A stretch of 52,754 nt of DNA from Alphaproteobacteria bacterium (GCA_050175015.1 JBFXJJ010000007.1:74513-127266); one strand, 5' to 3'; positions 1 to 10,152 are shown, numbered from the stretch's first letter. Notes: generated by a model not told the origin, from the letters alone. Program-made: numbers and translations.

Positions 1-269
1 CATTTGCGTGAGTTATCAACAGAAGTTTGCTCTAAAACAACTTCAGGACGGGATAAAACAAAATGTTCTTTGAGTTTTTCTCTTAAATCTTTAGGCAGAA
101 GAGACATCTCATCAAAACTCTTAATTCCCCGATTGTATAAAAGGTGCCAAATCTGCTTGGTTCGAAAGCTTTTTTCACCGAGTTTATCAACAGCCTTTTG
201 AAGGTCATTTTTATTCAAACCCACAATATTTTGAGGTTTTTGAAAGTTATCCACACCAGTTGTAGACAT
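1..269 (-). CDS. rlmN: 23S rRNA/tRNA C2-methyltransferase RlmN, 5' part (runs off the window)
   Basis: Not in the ORF track. Manual translation from ATG at 269 gives MSTTGVDNFQKPQNIVGLNKNDLQKAVDKLGEKAFRTKQIWHLLYNRGIKSFDEMSLLPKDLREKLKEHFVLSRPEVVLEQTSVDNSRKW, the typical RlmN N-terminus (GEK.FR..QI, F..MS.L.K.LR, S.D..RKW). Confidence 0.9.
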   Translation of the reverse strand, partial: MSTTGVDNFQKPQNIVGLNKNDLQKAVDKLGEKSFRTKQIWHLLYNRGIKSFDEMSLLPKDLREKLKEHFVLSRPEVVLEQTSVDNSRK

Positions 270-426
270 TTTTTTGCTATCTTCGTATATCATATATTGA
301 TTATAAGTTAATGTGATTATATAGTAATTAAAGTTTTATCTAAAAAAGATATTAAACAAAAGTTTAATTTTTAGATAGGCATATTTTTTGAAGATGTTTT
401 GCTGGAATTCAAAAGGAAACGGCGAT

Positions 427-1578
427 ATGGCAGTTATTAGAAATATTTTATTTTCCATTTTAGCAGTTACAGTTATAGCTGCTTGCGCTTATCGATGGGA
501 TATCAAAGGTGTGAGGAGTATGGAAGCAAAAGGAACAGCTTTTGACTATGCTCTAAAAGAGAACTTCACAGACTTTGCAGAGGTTGAATCAACACGCGGA
601 GATTGGGACGAGACCGAAAGATATCTTATTAGAGCCAGAGCTGCTGCAGAAGGTATGACTGTAGATCCTTATTATTTCTATTTGAGACCAATCCCATACC
701 AAGTGATTGATGAAGTAAAAACGGCTTATGCACATCTTGTTAACGCTTTAGATTCTGGCGCTAAAATATCAAACCCAGAAGTAGCGGCTGAAGCTCAAAT
801 CAGTTATGAATGCTGGATTGAAGCTTTAGGTGAGAACTTGTTCATGGATAGAATGGAAGCTTGCAAAGGGCGCTACGAAACAGCTATGAGCATTCTTGAG
901 GGAAGAGAAATGAATCTTTCTAGAGACACCGCTGAATTTGTTAAGGCTCGTAAGGACGCCGAGCTTGCTGGAGCTCAGGAAAATGCTTTCGCAAATGGTG
1001 CTTTTGGTGATGCAACTAATCCTCTTTATGTGGTTTATTTCGGCTTTAACAAAACTAATGTTGAACCAAAATTCAAAAAGGTTATTTCTGAGGCCAGTGA
1101 TGCATATAAGAAACTCAGTCCTGAACTCGTTTTGGTCAGCGGACACGCTGATACTGTTGGTTCAGACAAGGTTAATATGATTGTTTCTAGAAATAGAGCA
1201 AACAATGTTTCTAAAGCTTTAAATGAAGCAGGTGTTCCTAAGAAAAAGATGGACGTTAGAGCTTTTGGAGAAAAACAATTAGCTGTTCAGACTGGTGATA
1301 ATGTAAGAGAACCTAGAAACCGCAGGGTTGAGATTGAGCTTACTGGTATTAAGCCTGAAGTTGATAATGTAGAAAAAGTTGATACGGTAGGGAATTTAGA
1401 AGAAACTCCTGTCTTAGTTTTGGAACCTATAGTTCAGATGTCATCGACGGTAACTGAAGAGCAGCCAGTGGTAGAGGTTTCCATTTCTGCCGCAAATGCT
1501 CCAGCCCCAGCTCCAACCGATGTTCCAAGCACAGCAAATATGCAGATACCATCTCCAGATGAGATGATGGCTAAATAA
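427..1578 (+). CDS. OmpA-family peptidoglycan-binding lipoprotein
   Basis: Lipobox-like VIAAC after a hydrophobic stretch; OmpA_C motifs VYFGFNK, GHADTVGS, NMIVSRNRA, NRRVEI; Pro/Ala-rich tail. Start moved to ATG 427, with AAGGA upstream. Confidence 0.88.
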   Translation: MAVIRNILFSILAVTVIAACAYRWDIKGVRSMEAKGTAFDYALKENFTDFAEVESTRGDWDETERYLIRARAAAEGMTVDPYYFYLRPIPYQVIDEVKTAYAHLVNALDSGAKISNPEVAAEAQISYECWIEALGENLFMDRMEACKGRYETAMSILEGREMNLSRDTAEFVKARKDAELAGAQENAFANGAFGDATNPLYVVYFGFNKTNVEPKFKKVISEASDAYKKLSPELVLVSGHADTVGSDKVNMIVSRNRANNVSKALNEAGVPKKKMDVRAFGEKQLAVQTGDNVREPRNRRVEIELTGIKPEVDNVEKVDTVGNLEETPVLVLEPIVQMSSTVTEEQPVVEVSISAANAPAPAPTDVPSTANMQIPSPDEMMAK

Positions 1579-1935
1579 GCTGTATTGCTTCTAAATAAAA
1601 ATTCTTAAAGCCCTTTTTTTGTTTTTCATATCACGTTTGGTTATTTTATGAAAAGAATCTAACGCTTGTTTTAAGTGACTTTATACGGCAACTAAATGAA
1701 CTTTTCTTATATAAAAGATACTTCTAAATTGAGTTTTTATCTTTATGTCTTCATTAGGAGTAAGGTAAAAAAACAAAAATTTTGGTGAGGTTTAGATTGA
1801 TAATCAGAACCGCCATTGCTTTTAAAAAAGATGGAAACGCTTCGGATAATCAGGGTTATGCAGTTTAAGTCAAAGTCTTTATCTTGTTCTTTTCAATGAG
1901 ACAGTAAAAGAAAGAAGCTATTTTTAGTTTTAAAT

Positions 1936-1972
1936 AAAAAAAGGCATATTTAACAAAAGATATGCCTTTTTT
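1936..1972. terminator. Bidirectional intrinsic terminator
   Basis: AAAAAAGGCATAT...ATATGCCTTTTTT inverted repeat between convergent genes. Confidence 0.75.
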
Positions 1973-1993
1973 GGTTTTTTAAAAGATGTAAAG

Positions 1994-2512
1994 CTATTTG
2001 ACATTACAAGCTTTATTAATGGTTTCTAAGGCATTAGAAAATCCCATAAGGGAATAAGTGTCAATAGTTTCAGTTCCTCTTGATGAGGTTCCTTTAACGA
2101 CCATACGTACACCTTTTTCCATTGCATTTATAATGCTGTTGTCAATGGAAGCATTTTTTGCCCAAGCGATATCATCGTAAGCAAACAGAGAAAAACGATT
2201 GCTGCCAATTCTGATTTCGGCTTGAGATTTTTCTTTATACTTATAACCAGCAACAATGCTTACAACATTAAAGCTTTGATCGCTTGGTCTGTGAGTGACA
2301 ATAGCAAAGATGTCATCACGTCTAGTATAATTCCCCTCATCTTTTTGAGGTGTGCTAGCAATATAGCAAACTTTCTTACCATCTTCGACAAGAGTATATG
2401 CCGTCCAATCGTCATAAGTCCCTATGACTTCAATGTTATTAGCCATAGTAGGCTTAACCGATAGCCCAATAATAATGAGAGCTAAATAAAATGTTTTGTT
2501 AAAAAACTTCAT
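1994..2512 (-). CDS. Invasion-associated locus B (IalB)-family exported protein
   Basis: Signal peptide, then G.YDDW.AY...KVCY, VTHRP, G.SSRGT.T.DTYSL.GF and a terminal Cys. Start at ATG 2512 with AAGGA upstream. Confidence 0.8.
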   Translation of the reverse strand: MKFFNKTFYLALIIIGLSVKPTMANNIEVIGTYDDWTAYTLVEDGKKVCYIASTPQKDEGNYTRRDDIFAIVTHRPSDQSFNVVSIVAGYKYKEKSQAEIRIGSNRFSLFAYDDIAWAKNASIDNSIINAMEKGVRMVVKGTSSRGTETIDTYSLMGFSNALETINKACNVK

Positions 2513-2584
2513 AAAATGTTCCTTTTCCCAGATTATTTGCCATTTTGTAAGCATAAAAGTATTAGTTATAAATGTTAAGTGTTT

Positions 2585-3139
2585 TTATTTCTTTATTTCT
2601 TCATCAAATGTATTTAGCTCGTCATAAGGTGTTTGACAGCGCCATTTAGCCATTCCATTTTGATCAAAGCCGCCTTCTCTAACGGGGCGCTGTGGAAAAT
2701 TCCCCATTGAAATTAGACGATCGTACATAACAATAACAGCTGCCATACCAACATTAAGACAGAAGCTGGTAGGAATTTTTATCGTGTAGTCGCATTTTTT
2801 AAGAATTTCAGGACTAAGAGAACCTTTTTCTGGTCCTAAAATATATGCGGCTGTTTTGGGGTGCCTAAAACTTGGAAGATCGATTGCATCATCGATCAAT
2901 TCCACTCCCACAAGAGCACAGCCTTTAGGAAGAAGCATAGAACCTACATCGGGAAATTCGTAGAAAGGCAAATGGCTCATCGTTTTTGAAGTATCGGATT
3001 GCGAGACGGTTCTTTTTTCATAATTGTGCCCAATGGTAAACATAAAACTCGCTCCAAAGGCATTAGATGACCTAAAGATGCTTCCAACATTAAAAGGTTT
3101 TGAAATACCTTCAACCCCAACTCCAAAATAACCACGCAT
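2585..3139 (-). CDS. SpoU/TrmH-family RNA methyltransferase
   Basis: NVGSIFRS, YILGPEKGSL and CLNVGMAAVIVMYDR SPOUT motifs. Confidence 0.9.
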   Translation of the reverse strand: MRGYFGVGVEGISKPFNVGSIFRSSNAFGASFMFTIGHNYEKRTVSQSDTSKTMSHLPFYEFPDVGSMLLPKGCALVGVELIDDAIDLPSFRHPKTAAYILGPEKGSLSPEILKKCDYTIKIPTSFCLNVGMAAVIVMYDRLISMGNFPQRPVREGGFDQNGMAKWRCQTPYDELNTFDEEIKK

Positions 3140-3264
3140 TTTTCACCAAATATTTATAATTGTTAAACTAATATGACTTTTTTGATTATAAAAAACAAAG
3201 ACTTTAACTTATATAACTTTTTTTGATAACATAAAAAAAGAATCTTATAACGGAGTTATAATTT

Positions 3265-3753
3265 ATGTCTAAGATTACTATGGCTTCCTTAATTAATGAT
3301 ATGAAATTTAATCCACAGTCCCATCTTCACTTCTTAGAGGAGAGAGGTCTTGCTTTTGAAAATAAAGAATGGTGGTATTTAACATTATCTGGCGGTTTGG
3401 TTACAATTCTTGGGAGTCTTGCCGATATGCTGCAGAAATGGATGCAGGGATATGTCTTTTTAGCCCCGCTTTTAGGACTTATTGTTACGCTTACAGCTTG
3501 GTATGTTCAGCTTAATTATAAGAAAGAATACCTTGCAAATAATATGTTAAAGGAAGAATTTTTAGAAATTTTTAATAATCATATTGAAATGAATGATGAT
3601 AACCACCCATTTAATTATAGTAAAAGAGGAGAGATGTTCCGCCGTAAAATTAGATATAAGCAGGCGCTAACGCATTGTATGGGAAAACTGTCACTGTTTT
3701 CGATAATTGTTTTGTTTTGCATTATGATGCTGGCCAATGAGATTAGGCTATGA
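3265..3753 (+). CDS. Hypothetical membrane protein (about 3 TM segments)
   Basis: 162-aa ORF with GGAG upstream and hydrophobic segments; overlaps the next gene by ATGA. Confidence 0.65.
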   Translation: MSKITMASLINDMKFNPQSHLHFLEERGLAFENKEWWYLTLSGGLVTILGSLADMLQKWMQGYVFLAPLLGLIVTLTAWYVQLNYKKEYLANNMLKEEFLEIFNNHIEMNDDNHPFNYSKRGEMFRRKIRYKQALTHCMGKLSLFSIIVLFCIMMLANEIRL

Positions 3754-4019
3754 GAAGGTTTTTACTCTATATCTTGCCTCTAATTTTACCGAGTTTAATT
3801 TATTTTGGCTGGAAGCATTTAAAGCAGTTGTCTGGAAGAAAAGATGAAAAAACAGCTCTTTCTGACGTTCCTTGGGCTATTCTAATAATTATAGGCGCAA
3901 TTTTAGCCATCGTTTTTTTAGGTTTTTTTACAATGGGAGAGAAAGCTCCAACTTCAGCTAAATATGAACCTCCTAGATATGAAGATGGAAAATTAATTCC
4001 TGCAAAGATGAAATATTGA
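3750..4019 (+). CDS. Small two-TM membrane protein (DUF6111-like)
   Basis: LPLILP..IY, PW..L, and C-terminal Y.PP...DGKLIP pattern typical of this alphaproteobacterial family. Confidence 0.7.
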   Translation: MRRFLLYILPLILPSLIYFGWKHLKQLSGRKDEKTALSDVPWAILIIIGAILAIVFLGFFTMGEKAPTSAKYEPPRYEDGKLIPAKMKY

Positions 4020-4020
4020 G

Positions 4021-5328
4021 ATGAAACAAGCACTAAAAATAAAACTTTCAACATTTATGCAAGATCCTGCGATAGAGAATATCTTTACGATAATGGGAGA
4101 TCGAGGTGGAGATATTAAATTTGTGGGTGGCTGTGTTCGTGATGCTATCTTAGAAAGAAAAACGCAAGATATTGACTTGGCAACAGATCTTAGACCAGAA
4201 GATGTCGTTGCTATTTTAGAAGAAAATAATGTTCCATATATTAAAGATAAAGGCATAGAGTATGGAACCGTTACCGCGCTTATCAGCAATATTTATTTTC
4301 CTGATATTAAAAAAGTTGAAATTTCTAGCTTGCGTAAAGATGTTGAAACTTATGGAAGACAGGCAAAAGTAGAATATAGCCGGCATTTTCAAGAAGATGC
4401 TATGCGTAGAGATTTTACCATTAATTCGCTTTATGCCGATTTTGATGGTACGCTTTATGATTATTTTAATGGCTATGAAGATTTATTAGAACATAAATTG
4501 ATTTTCATTGGTGATCCTGATGAAAGAATAAAAGAAGATTATTTAAGAATCTTAAGATATTTTAGGTTTTACGCAACAATCGATAATATGATGTTGGATC
4601 AGTATGCCCTAGCTGCTTGCGTTAATAATGCTGATAACCTCTATCAGTTATCGCCTGAGCGAATAGCTAAAGAATTCTTTATGATTTTAGATTCTAAAAA
4701 TCCTTCTAAAGTTTTAAGCTTAATGAAAAAAGGCAGTATCTTAAAAGAGATTATTACGGGTGTGACTAATTTTGATACTTTAGATTATCTAGTCGACCTT
4801 GAAAATAAATCCAAAACGATTTTGCCTAACGTTACCTCGGGTTTAGTTAGAAGGCTTGCATCAATAACAAAGCCATCTAAAGAAATAGCTGGGAAAAATG
4901 CAGAAAAATTAAGGTTGTCAAAGGCACAGACAAAAAGGCTGATAGACTTATCAGATCCGCCTTTTGAAGTTTTTAATGAAATTGAAAAGGCCCAAGCCAG
5001 AAGAATTCTGCATAATTATGGTTCAGAATTATTTCAAGATGTTGTTCTTTTGAGATGGTCTCAAGAAATTAGTAAATCTGGAAGTATGGATACTTCAACG
5101 ACAGAAAAATGGTATGATCTTCTTGATATGGCATCAGAATGGCGTCCTTTGGAGTTTGGAGTTAAGGGTTCAGATGTTATTAACCGAGGAATCCCCAAAG
5201 GCAAATATGTTGGTGAAATTTTGTTCGAGCTGGAAAATTGGTGGCAGGATAGAGATTTTCGCCCTGAAAAAGAAGAAATTCTGCAGGAATTAGATAACCT
5301 AGTTTTGAAATATCAAAAAAACCTATGA
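4021..5328 (+). CDS. cca: CCA tRNA nucleotidyltransferase
   Basis: VGGCVRD, DIDLAT, DAMRRDFTINSL, EDYLRILRYFRF, SPERI motifs. Confidence 0.92.
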   Translation: MKQALKIKLSTFMQDPAIENIFTIMGDRGGDIKFVGGCVRDAILERKTQDIDLATDLRPEDVVAILEENNVPYIKDKGIEYGTVTALISNIYFPDIKKVEISSLRKDVETYGRQAKVEYSRHFQEDAMRRDFTINSLYADFDGTLYDYFNGYEDLLEHKLIFIGDPDERIKEDYLRILRYFRFYATIDNMMLDQYALAACVNNADNLYQLSPERIAKEFFMILDSKNPSKVLSLMKKGSILKEIITGVTNFDTLDYLVDLENKSKTILPNVTSGLVRRLASITKPSKEIAGKNAEKLRLSKAQTKRLIDLSDPPFEVFNEIEKAQARRILHNYGSELFQDVVLLRWSQEISKSGSMDTSTTEKWYDLLDMASEWRPLEFGVKGSDVINRGIPKGKYVGEILFELENWWQDRDFRPEKEEILQELDNLVLKYQKNL

Positions 5329-5811
5329 TTTTCTTATTTTTATGATGGTTCTCAAATTAGAAGAAAAAATCATAGCTTCCATAATGCTGGGACCAAGTGA
5401 GCCAACATATATATTATGGAATAGCCAAGATAACGTACAAAATAACAAAGATGTTCTCAATTTTAGATTATCTAACTTAAAAAAAGCATATGTGCCAAGT
5501 ACGCTTGCAAAAATTGGCAGGATATCAATGGGTCTTTGATATTTATAGATGCCTGATACAAGATATAAAATAACAAACAAAATCCAGAGCTTGTTAAATT
5601 TAGAATTTAAAGATAAGTAGTTTCTAATAATTGTTACAATAGACATTACGGCTCCAGTATTTGCATTAAGCAGAATAAAGTGGGGAACCAAAAAAACACT
5701 TTGAACAATCAGCAATATTTTGAGTTTTTTTTCATCACGGTTAAGAAAACCGCTGACACCGAAAAACAGAGCAAAAAAGCCAAGAATTTGGGCAACAACA
5801 ATGTTTGACAT
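5323..5811 (-). CDS. YgjV-family inner membrane protein
   Basis: AQILG, HFILL.A.TGA, RNYL, WLFHNIYVGS.G...E pattern; TAATG coupling to ychF. Confidence 0.8.
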   Translation of the reverse strand: MSNIVVAQILGFFALFFGVSGFLNRDEKKLKILLIVQSVFLVPHFILLNANTGAVMSIVTIIRNYLSLNSKFNKLWILFVILYLVSGIYKYQRPIDILPIFASVLGTYAFFKLDNLKLRTSLLFCTLSWLFHNIYVGSLGPSIMEAMIFSSNLRTIIKIRKS

Positions 5812-6920
5812 TAGACATTAAACAAGAAGTTTACAATATCGCCGTCTTTGACTTCATAGGTTTTCCCTTCTGAACGCATTTTTCCAGCTTCTTTTGCTCC
5901 TTGCTCTCCATGGTATTGTATATAATCATCAAAAGAAATTGTTTCAGAGCGGATAAAACCCTTTTCAAAATCGGTATGAATGACGCCTGCAGCCTGAGGA
6001 GCTAACGAGCTTTTGCGTAGCGTCCAAGCTCTTACTTCCTTAGGACCTGCAGTAAAGAAAGTTATTAAGTCTAATAGTTCATAACCCTTTTTTACGACTT
6101 TGGCTAAACCTGTTTCCTCTAAACCTAAGGTTTCCAAAAATTCCTTCTGCTCATTTTTATCAGTTAAGACCGCAACTTCGGCTTCAATCGCTGCTGAAAT
6201 GACAACTGCAGAGTTGCCTTGTTTTGCTGCCATTTCAAAAACTTTTTTTGAAAAATCGTTGCCCGTTGCTGCCGCATTTTCATCAACATTACAGGCATAA
6301 AGCACAGGTTTTGCGGTTAATAATTGCAGCATATTAAAAATTTTGAGGTCTTCTTTGTTTTCTTTGGAAGGTTTGGCAATTCTTGCGGGCTTTCCTTCTC
6401 TTAGAGCCGCAAGGACTGGTTCCATAACGCTAAATTGTTTTTTAGCTTCTTTATCTCCAGATTTGGCTTTTTTATCGATAGGGACAATTCTTTTTTCCAT
6501 ACTTTCTAAGTCAGCTATCATAAGTTCAGTTTCAACTGTTTCGGCATCTCTAACCGGGTCAATCGAGCCTTCAACGTGTGTGATATCAGAATTTTCAAAG
6601 CATCTTAGAACATGGACAATGGCATTAACTTCTCGAATATTAGCTAAAAATTTATTGCCCAAACCTTCACCTTTAGATGCACCTCTTACTAAACCAGCAA
6701 TATCAACAAATTCGATATTGGTTGGTACAATCTTTAAAGGATTAACAATACCTGCAAGTTGATCTAAGCGGTTATCGGGAACAGCAATTATACCTACGTT
6801 TGGTTCAATCGTACAAAAAGGATAGTTGGCAGCTTGCGCATTAACTGTTGCCGTTAAGGCATTAAAAAGAGTTGATTTGCCAACATTAGGAAGACCGACA
6901 ATACCACAATTAAAACCCAT
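5811..6920 (-). CDS. ychF: Redox-regulated ATPase YchF
   Basis: GIVGLPNVGKSTLFN, ANYPFCTIEPN, DIAGLV, AAGVIHTDFEKGFI, FLFNV end. Confidence 0.98.
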   Translation of the reverse strand: MGFNCGIVGLPNVGKSTLFNALTATVNAQAANYPFCTIEPNVGIIAVPDNRLDQLAGIVNPLKIVPTNIEFVDIAGLVRGASKGEGLGNKFLANIREVNAIVHVLRCFENSDITHVEGSIDPVRDAETVETELMIADLESMEKRIVPIDKKAKSGDKEAKKQFSVMEPVLAALREGKPARIAKPSKENKEDLKIFNMLQLLTAKPVLYACNVDENAAATGNDFSKKVFEMAAKQGNSAVVISAAIEAEVAVLTDKNEQKEFLETLGLEETGLAKVVKKGYELLDLITFFTAGPKEVRAWTLRKSSLAPQAAGVIHTDFEKGFIRSETISFDDYIQYHGEQGAKEAGKMRSEGKTYEVKDGDIVNFLFNV

Positions 6921-6924
6921 TTTT

Positions 6925-7659
6925 TTATTCCATTTCTTTATCGTTGTTCTTTGAAATTGCTGCTAAAGCTTTAGCAAAAGCATTTTTCATAATAGATGTT
7001 TCTTCAACGGCTTCTTTTTTTATTTGTTCTTTTGTTGAAAGTTCTTTTTTGCTTTGAGATAAATTTTTATCATCTTTTTTATTTTTAGGCTGCTTTTTTA
7101 CAACAAGTTTGTTCATAAAATTATTGGCACCTTGTTCTAATAAGACGCTAAAATTCTCAGCTATGTTTTCTGTCGTTTGTTTAATTATTTCTAGGTCATC
7201 ACCGCTAAAATTCCCAAGGACATAGTCAACAACCATACCTGAGTATTCTGGACGGCCAATTCCAATTCTAATCCGTGTATAGTTTTGATTTCCAAGGCAG
7301 GCATCAATACTTTTGAGACCATTATGTCCCCCATGTCCGCCTCCTGTTTTAACTTTAATTTTTCCTAATTCCAAATCCAAATCATCATGGATAATAATAA
7401 TATGGCTGCAATCTATTTTGTAAAATTGTGAGGTTTTAGCAACGGCTTTGCCAGAAAGATTCATATAAGTCTGAGGCTTAATTAAAATAACTTGATTATC
7501 ATCAATATTGCCCTGAGTTATTTTGGCATCAAATTTGTTTTTATAGGCTAAAAAATTATGACGGCGAACAATTGCGTCCGCCGCCATAAATCCTACATTG
7601 TGGCGGTTGAGAGCATACCCTTCATTTTCAGGATTGCCAAGTCCAGCCACAAGAAACAT
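6925..7659 (-). CDS. pth: Peptidyl-tRNA hydrolase
   Basis: AGLGNP, NRHNVGF, KPQTYMNLSG, HDDLDL, GGHNGLKSI; rplY-pth-ychF synteny. Confidence 0.97.
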   Translation of the reverse strand: MFLVAGLGNPENEGYALNRHNVGFMAADAIVRRHNFLAYKNKFDAKITQGNIDDNQVILIKPQTYMNLSGKAVAKTSQFYKIDCSHIIIIHDDLDLELGKIKVKTGGGHGGHNGLKSIDACLGNQNYTRIRIGIGRPEYSGMVVDYVLGNFSGDDLEIIKQTTENIAENFSVLLEQGANNFMNKLVVKKQPKNKKDDKNLSQSKKELSTKEQIKKEAVEETSIMKNAFAKALAAISKNNDKEME

Positions 7660-7668
7660 AACAGAGAA

Positions 7669-8310
7669 TTACTCCTTAGCTTCACTTGCAGCTTCAGCTG
7701 CTTCACCTTCAGTCGCAGCAGCATCTTCGTCATCTTTAACAACAGTAGGAGCTGCAATCGTTGCGATTGTAAAGTCTCTATCATCAACAACAGGTCTAAC
7801 ACCTTTAGGAAGATCGATGTCACTGATTTTAACAGCATCACCGATTTGAAGACCAGCTAAATCAACAACAAAATGTTCAGGAATATCATCTGGTTTACAA
7901 TGAATTTCGATTGTACGGCGTACAATATTAAGAACACCACCAAGTTTAATACCTGCACAGGTTTCTTCATTTAAGAAGCTTACGTGTACGTCAACAGTGA
8001 TTTCGGAATCTCTGGAAATTCTTAAGAAATCGACATGAAGAGGACGATCAGTAACAGGGTGTTTTTGAATATCTTGGCAAAGAGCACGATATTTGTCTTT
8101 TCCAACATGGAGCTCAAACTGACGGGTCCAAAGACCAGTTGTGTTCATCTCTTTTTCCATATCACGAGGGGAAATAGAAATCAAAACAGGGTTTTTTTTA
8201 TCGCCATAAATAACGCCTGGGATCATTCCTGCACGACGTGTAGCTCTGGCGGCCCCCTTACCAACCTTTTCACGTTTTTCAACGTTAAGAGAAGTTAATT
8301 TTGTTGACAT
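7669..8310 (-). CDS. rplY: 50S ribosomal protein L25 / Ctc
   Basis: GKGAARATRRAGMIPGVIYG, QKHPVTDRPLHVDF, GIKLGGVL. Confidence 0.97.
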   Translation of the reverse strand: MSTKLTSLNVEKREKVGKGAARATRRAGMIPGVIYGDKKNPVLISISPRDMEKEMNTTGLWTRQFELHVGKDKYRALCQDIQKHPVTDRPLHVDFLRISRDSEITVDVHVSFLNEETCAGIKLGGVLNIVRRTIEIHCKPDDIPEHFVVDLAGLQIGDAVKISDIDLPKGVRPVVDDRDFTIATIAAPTVVKDDEDAAATEGEAAEAASEAKE

Positions 8311-8343
8311 TTTTATAAATCCTTTAAAAAAATAAAATCAATA

Positions 8344-8375
8344 GTTATGTCGACCTCCAAGGGTGTCTTCATAAC
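8344..8375 (-). promoter_or_regulatory. Structured 5' leader hairpin of rplY (candidate autoregulatory element)
   Basis: Minus strand GTTATG-AA-GAC-A-CC-CTT-GG-AG-GTC-GA-CATAAC: a stem with purine-rich internal loops and no U-tract, 34 nt before the start. Confidence 0.5.
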
Positions 8376-8473
8376 ATGCTAAAAAAGCATTACAGATATT
8401 TACCGTTAAGTTCAGCAAAAAGCAAGCAGATACTTTACTTTTCTTAAGTTTATTTTACGCAAAACTTGAAAAC

Positions 8474-9406
8474 TTAATCGAACAAACTTGAGACCGATCG
8501 GTTTTCTGTAATACGCAAGATTGACTCCCCGATTAATGGTGCAATGGTTATTGGCCTAATATTATGAGCATTTTTAACGCTTTCTGTTATTTTAATGCTG
8601 TCAGTAATAACCAAAGAAGATAGCGGTGAGTTTACAACTCTTTCTATAGCGCTTCCAGAAAGAACACCGTGAGTTACATAAGCCGAAGCTCCTTTTGCTC
8701 CTTTGTCGATTAAGGCCTTGGCCGCATTGCAAAGAGTTCCTGCTGAATCTACAATGTCATCAACTAGGATGCATTGCTGATCTTTAACGTTTCCGATGAT
8801 ATTCATAACCTCAGATACGCCAGCTCTTTCACGTCTTTTATCAATAATAGCCAAATCTAACCCCAATCTTTTAGCAATACTTCTTGCTCTTACGACTCCG
8901 CCGATGTCAGGAGAAACGATAACCGTATTATTTTTATCAAAGTTACGTTCAATATCTCTGACTAAGACAGGTGCGGCAAAAAGATTGTCAACAGGGACAT
9001 CAAAAAACCCTTGAATCTGCGCTGCGTGCAAATCAAGGGTTAAAACTCTGTCAGCTCCTGCGGTAGAAATTAAATTTGCAACCAGCTTAGCTGTTATTGG
9101 CGTTCTAGGTCCTGTCTTGCGATCTTGTCTTGCATAGCCAAAATAAGGCAAAACTGCGGTAATACGTTTGGCTGAGCCCCGTCTTAAGGCATCAATGCAA
9201 ATAAGAAGTTCCATAAGGTTATCATTTGCAGGATAAGAAGTTGATTGAATGATAAAAACATCTTCACCACGAACATTTTCATGAATTTCAGCAAAAATCT
9301 CATTATCAGAGAATCTACGGAAATCAGCTTTTGTTAGTTTGGTATCAAGATATTTAGCAACTTCTTCTGCAAAAGGGATATTGCTTGTTCCCGAAAGGAT
9401 TTTCAT
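8474..9406 (-). CDS. prs: Ribose-phosphate pyrophosphokinase
   Basis: [43 protein letters not shown] 9406 preferred because GGGAG lies upstream. Confidence 0.98.
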   Translation of the reverse strand: MKILSGTSNIPFAEEVAKYLDTKLTKADFRRFSDNEIFAEIHENVRGEDVFIIQSTSYPANDNLMELLICIDALRRGSAKRITAVLPYFGYARQDRKTGPRTPITAKLVANLISTAGADRVLTLDLHAAQIQGFFDVPVDNLFAAPVLVRDIERNFDKNNTVIVSPDIGGVVRARSIAKRLGLDLAIIDKRRERAGVSEVMNIIGNVKDQQCILVDDIVDSAGTLCNAAKALIDKGAKGASAYVTHGVLSGSAIERVVNSPLSSLVITDSIKITESVKNAHNIRPITIAPLIGESILRITENRSVSSLFD

Positions 9407-9711
9407 TTTTTTGCTCCCTTCCAATTAGCTCAAAATAAATCCTGTTGGCAAATTAGCAACCATATCTATACCTGTAAAGCTTGAATAGCTTTTGTGGATA
9501 AAATTATTAGGAAAATGAAGCTCAAAGCTATAGAAACACTTGAATATCAATGGTGTTTGTTTTTTATATGTACTATTATTTTTATAATATTTAATTGTAG
9601 ATTTTTTATCTAAACTTTTTAGATTCGGTGCTTTTTGGATATAAAAAAATCAAAAAAGAGATAAAAATAAAGAATAACAAGGTTTTTTATTGGACAATAT
9701 CTAAAAACTTG

Positions 9712-9739
9712 TTGACAAAAATATAAAATTTGTTATTCT
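9712..9739 (+). promoter_or_regulatory. sigma70-type promoter
   Basis: TTGACA-N16-TATTCT with an extended TG, upstream of 9786. Confidence 0.6.
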
Positions 9740-9785
9740 TAAAATTATAGTTAAGGAATTTAATGAAGCCTATAGGAGCAAAACA

Positions 9786-10094
9786 ATGATAACAGAAAAA
9801 TTTGAAGCATTTCAAACGAAGGGTGATCTTAAGGCTTTTTTATGTGGAATTGATAGCGCCGCTAAAGGTTATGATCGAGATGCCGTATTGGCAGAAGTCG
9901 CCGCTTCTAAAATAGCTGAAGCCGCAGGTGTTGTTCTGGCAGCAAAAGGCGGAGTTAAGGCTGTATTAGCGGAGACATTAACTTTAGGTGCAAATACCGT
10001 TATAAATATTGACAACAGCAACAAGCAACCAGACAAGAAAGCTGCTGGCAATATTATGGATATAATAAAAAAAACAAGAGCTCCCTCACGCTAA
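9786..10094 (+). CDS. Small Ala-rich hypothetical protein with basic C-terminal tail
   Basis: AGGAG RBS, own promoter and terminator; ends NIMDIIKKTRAPSR. Confidence 0.75.
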   Translation: MITEKFEAFQTKGDLKAFLCGIDSAAKGYDRDAVLAEVAASKIAEAAGVVLAAKGGVKAVLAETLTLGANTVINIDNSNKQPDKKAAGNIMDIIKKTRAPSR

Positions 10095-10116
10095 ATTGAA
10101 ATTAAACATTTTAACT

Positions 10117-10149
10117 AAAAGGCTTATTCTAAAAGAGTAAGCCTTTTTT
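10117..10149. terminator. Bidirectional intrinsic terminator
   Basis: AAAAGGCTTATTCT-AAA-AGAGTAAGCCTTTTTT. Confidence 0.8.
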
Positions 10150-10152
10150 GTA

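Noticed and set aside
4-201. + strand 65-aa ORF
   Set aside because: Antisense shadow of rlmN on the minus strand.
377-392. sigma54-like AGGCATA-TTTT-TTGAA before the OmpA gene
   Set aside because: The -12 element is GA rather than GC, and the context is AT-rich; too weak.
1579-1993. 415-nt intergenic region between convergent genes
   Set aside because: Apart from the terminator I found no ORF, repeat or convincing RNA structure.
6925-7100. Lys-rich C-terminal extension of Pth as another secretion tail
   Set aside because: Alphaproteobacterial Pth commonly has such an extension, and this one ends acidic (DKEME).
9493-9501. Perfect DnaA box upstream of prs (others at 247-255 and 38350-38358)
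   Set aside because: Isolated and unclustered, two lie inside CDSs, and about one is expected by chance at this composition; no oriC context.
9534-9558. Imperfect palindrome AAACACTTGA-ATA-TCAATGGTGTTT
   Set aside because: Single copy with no recombinase nearby; cannot be assigned.
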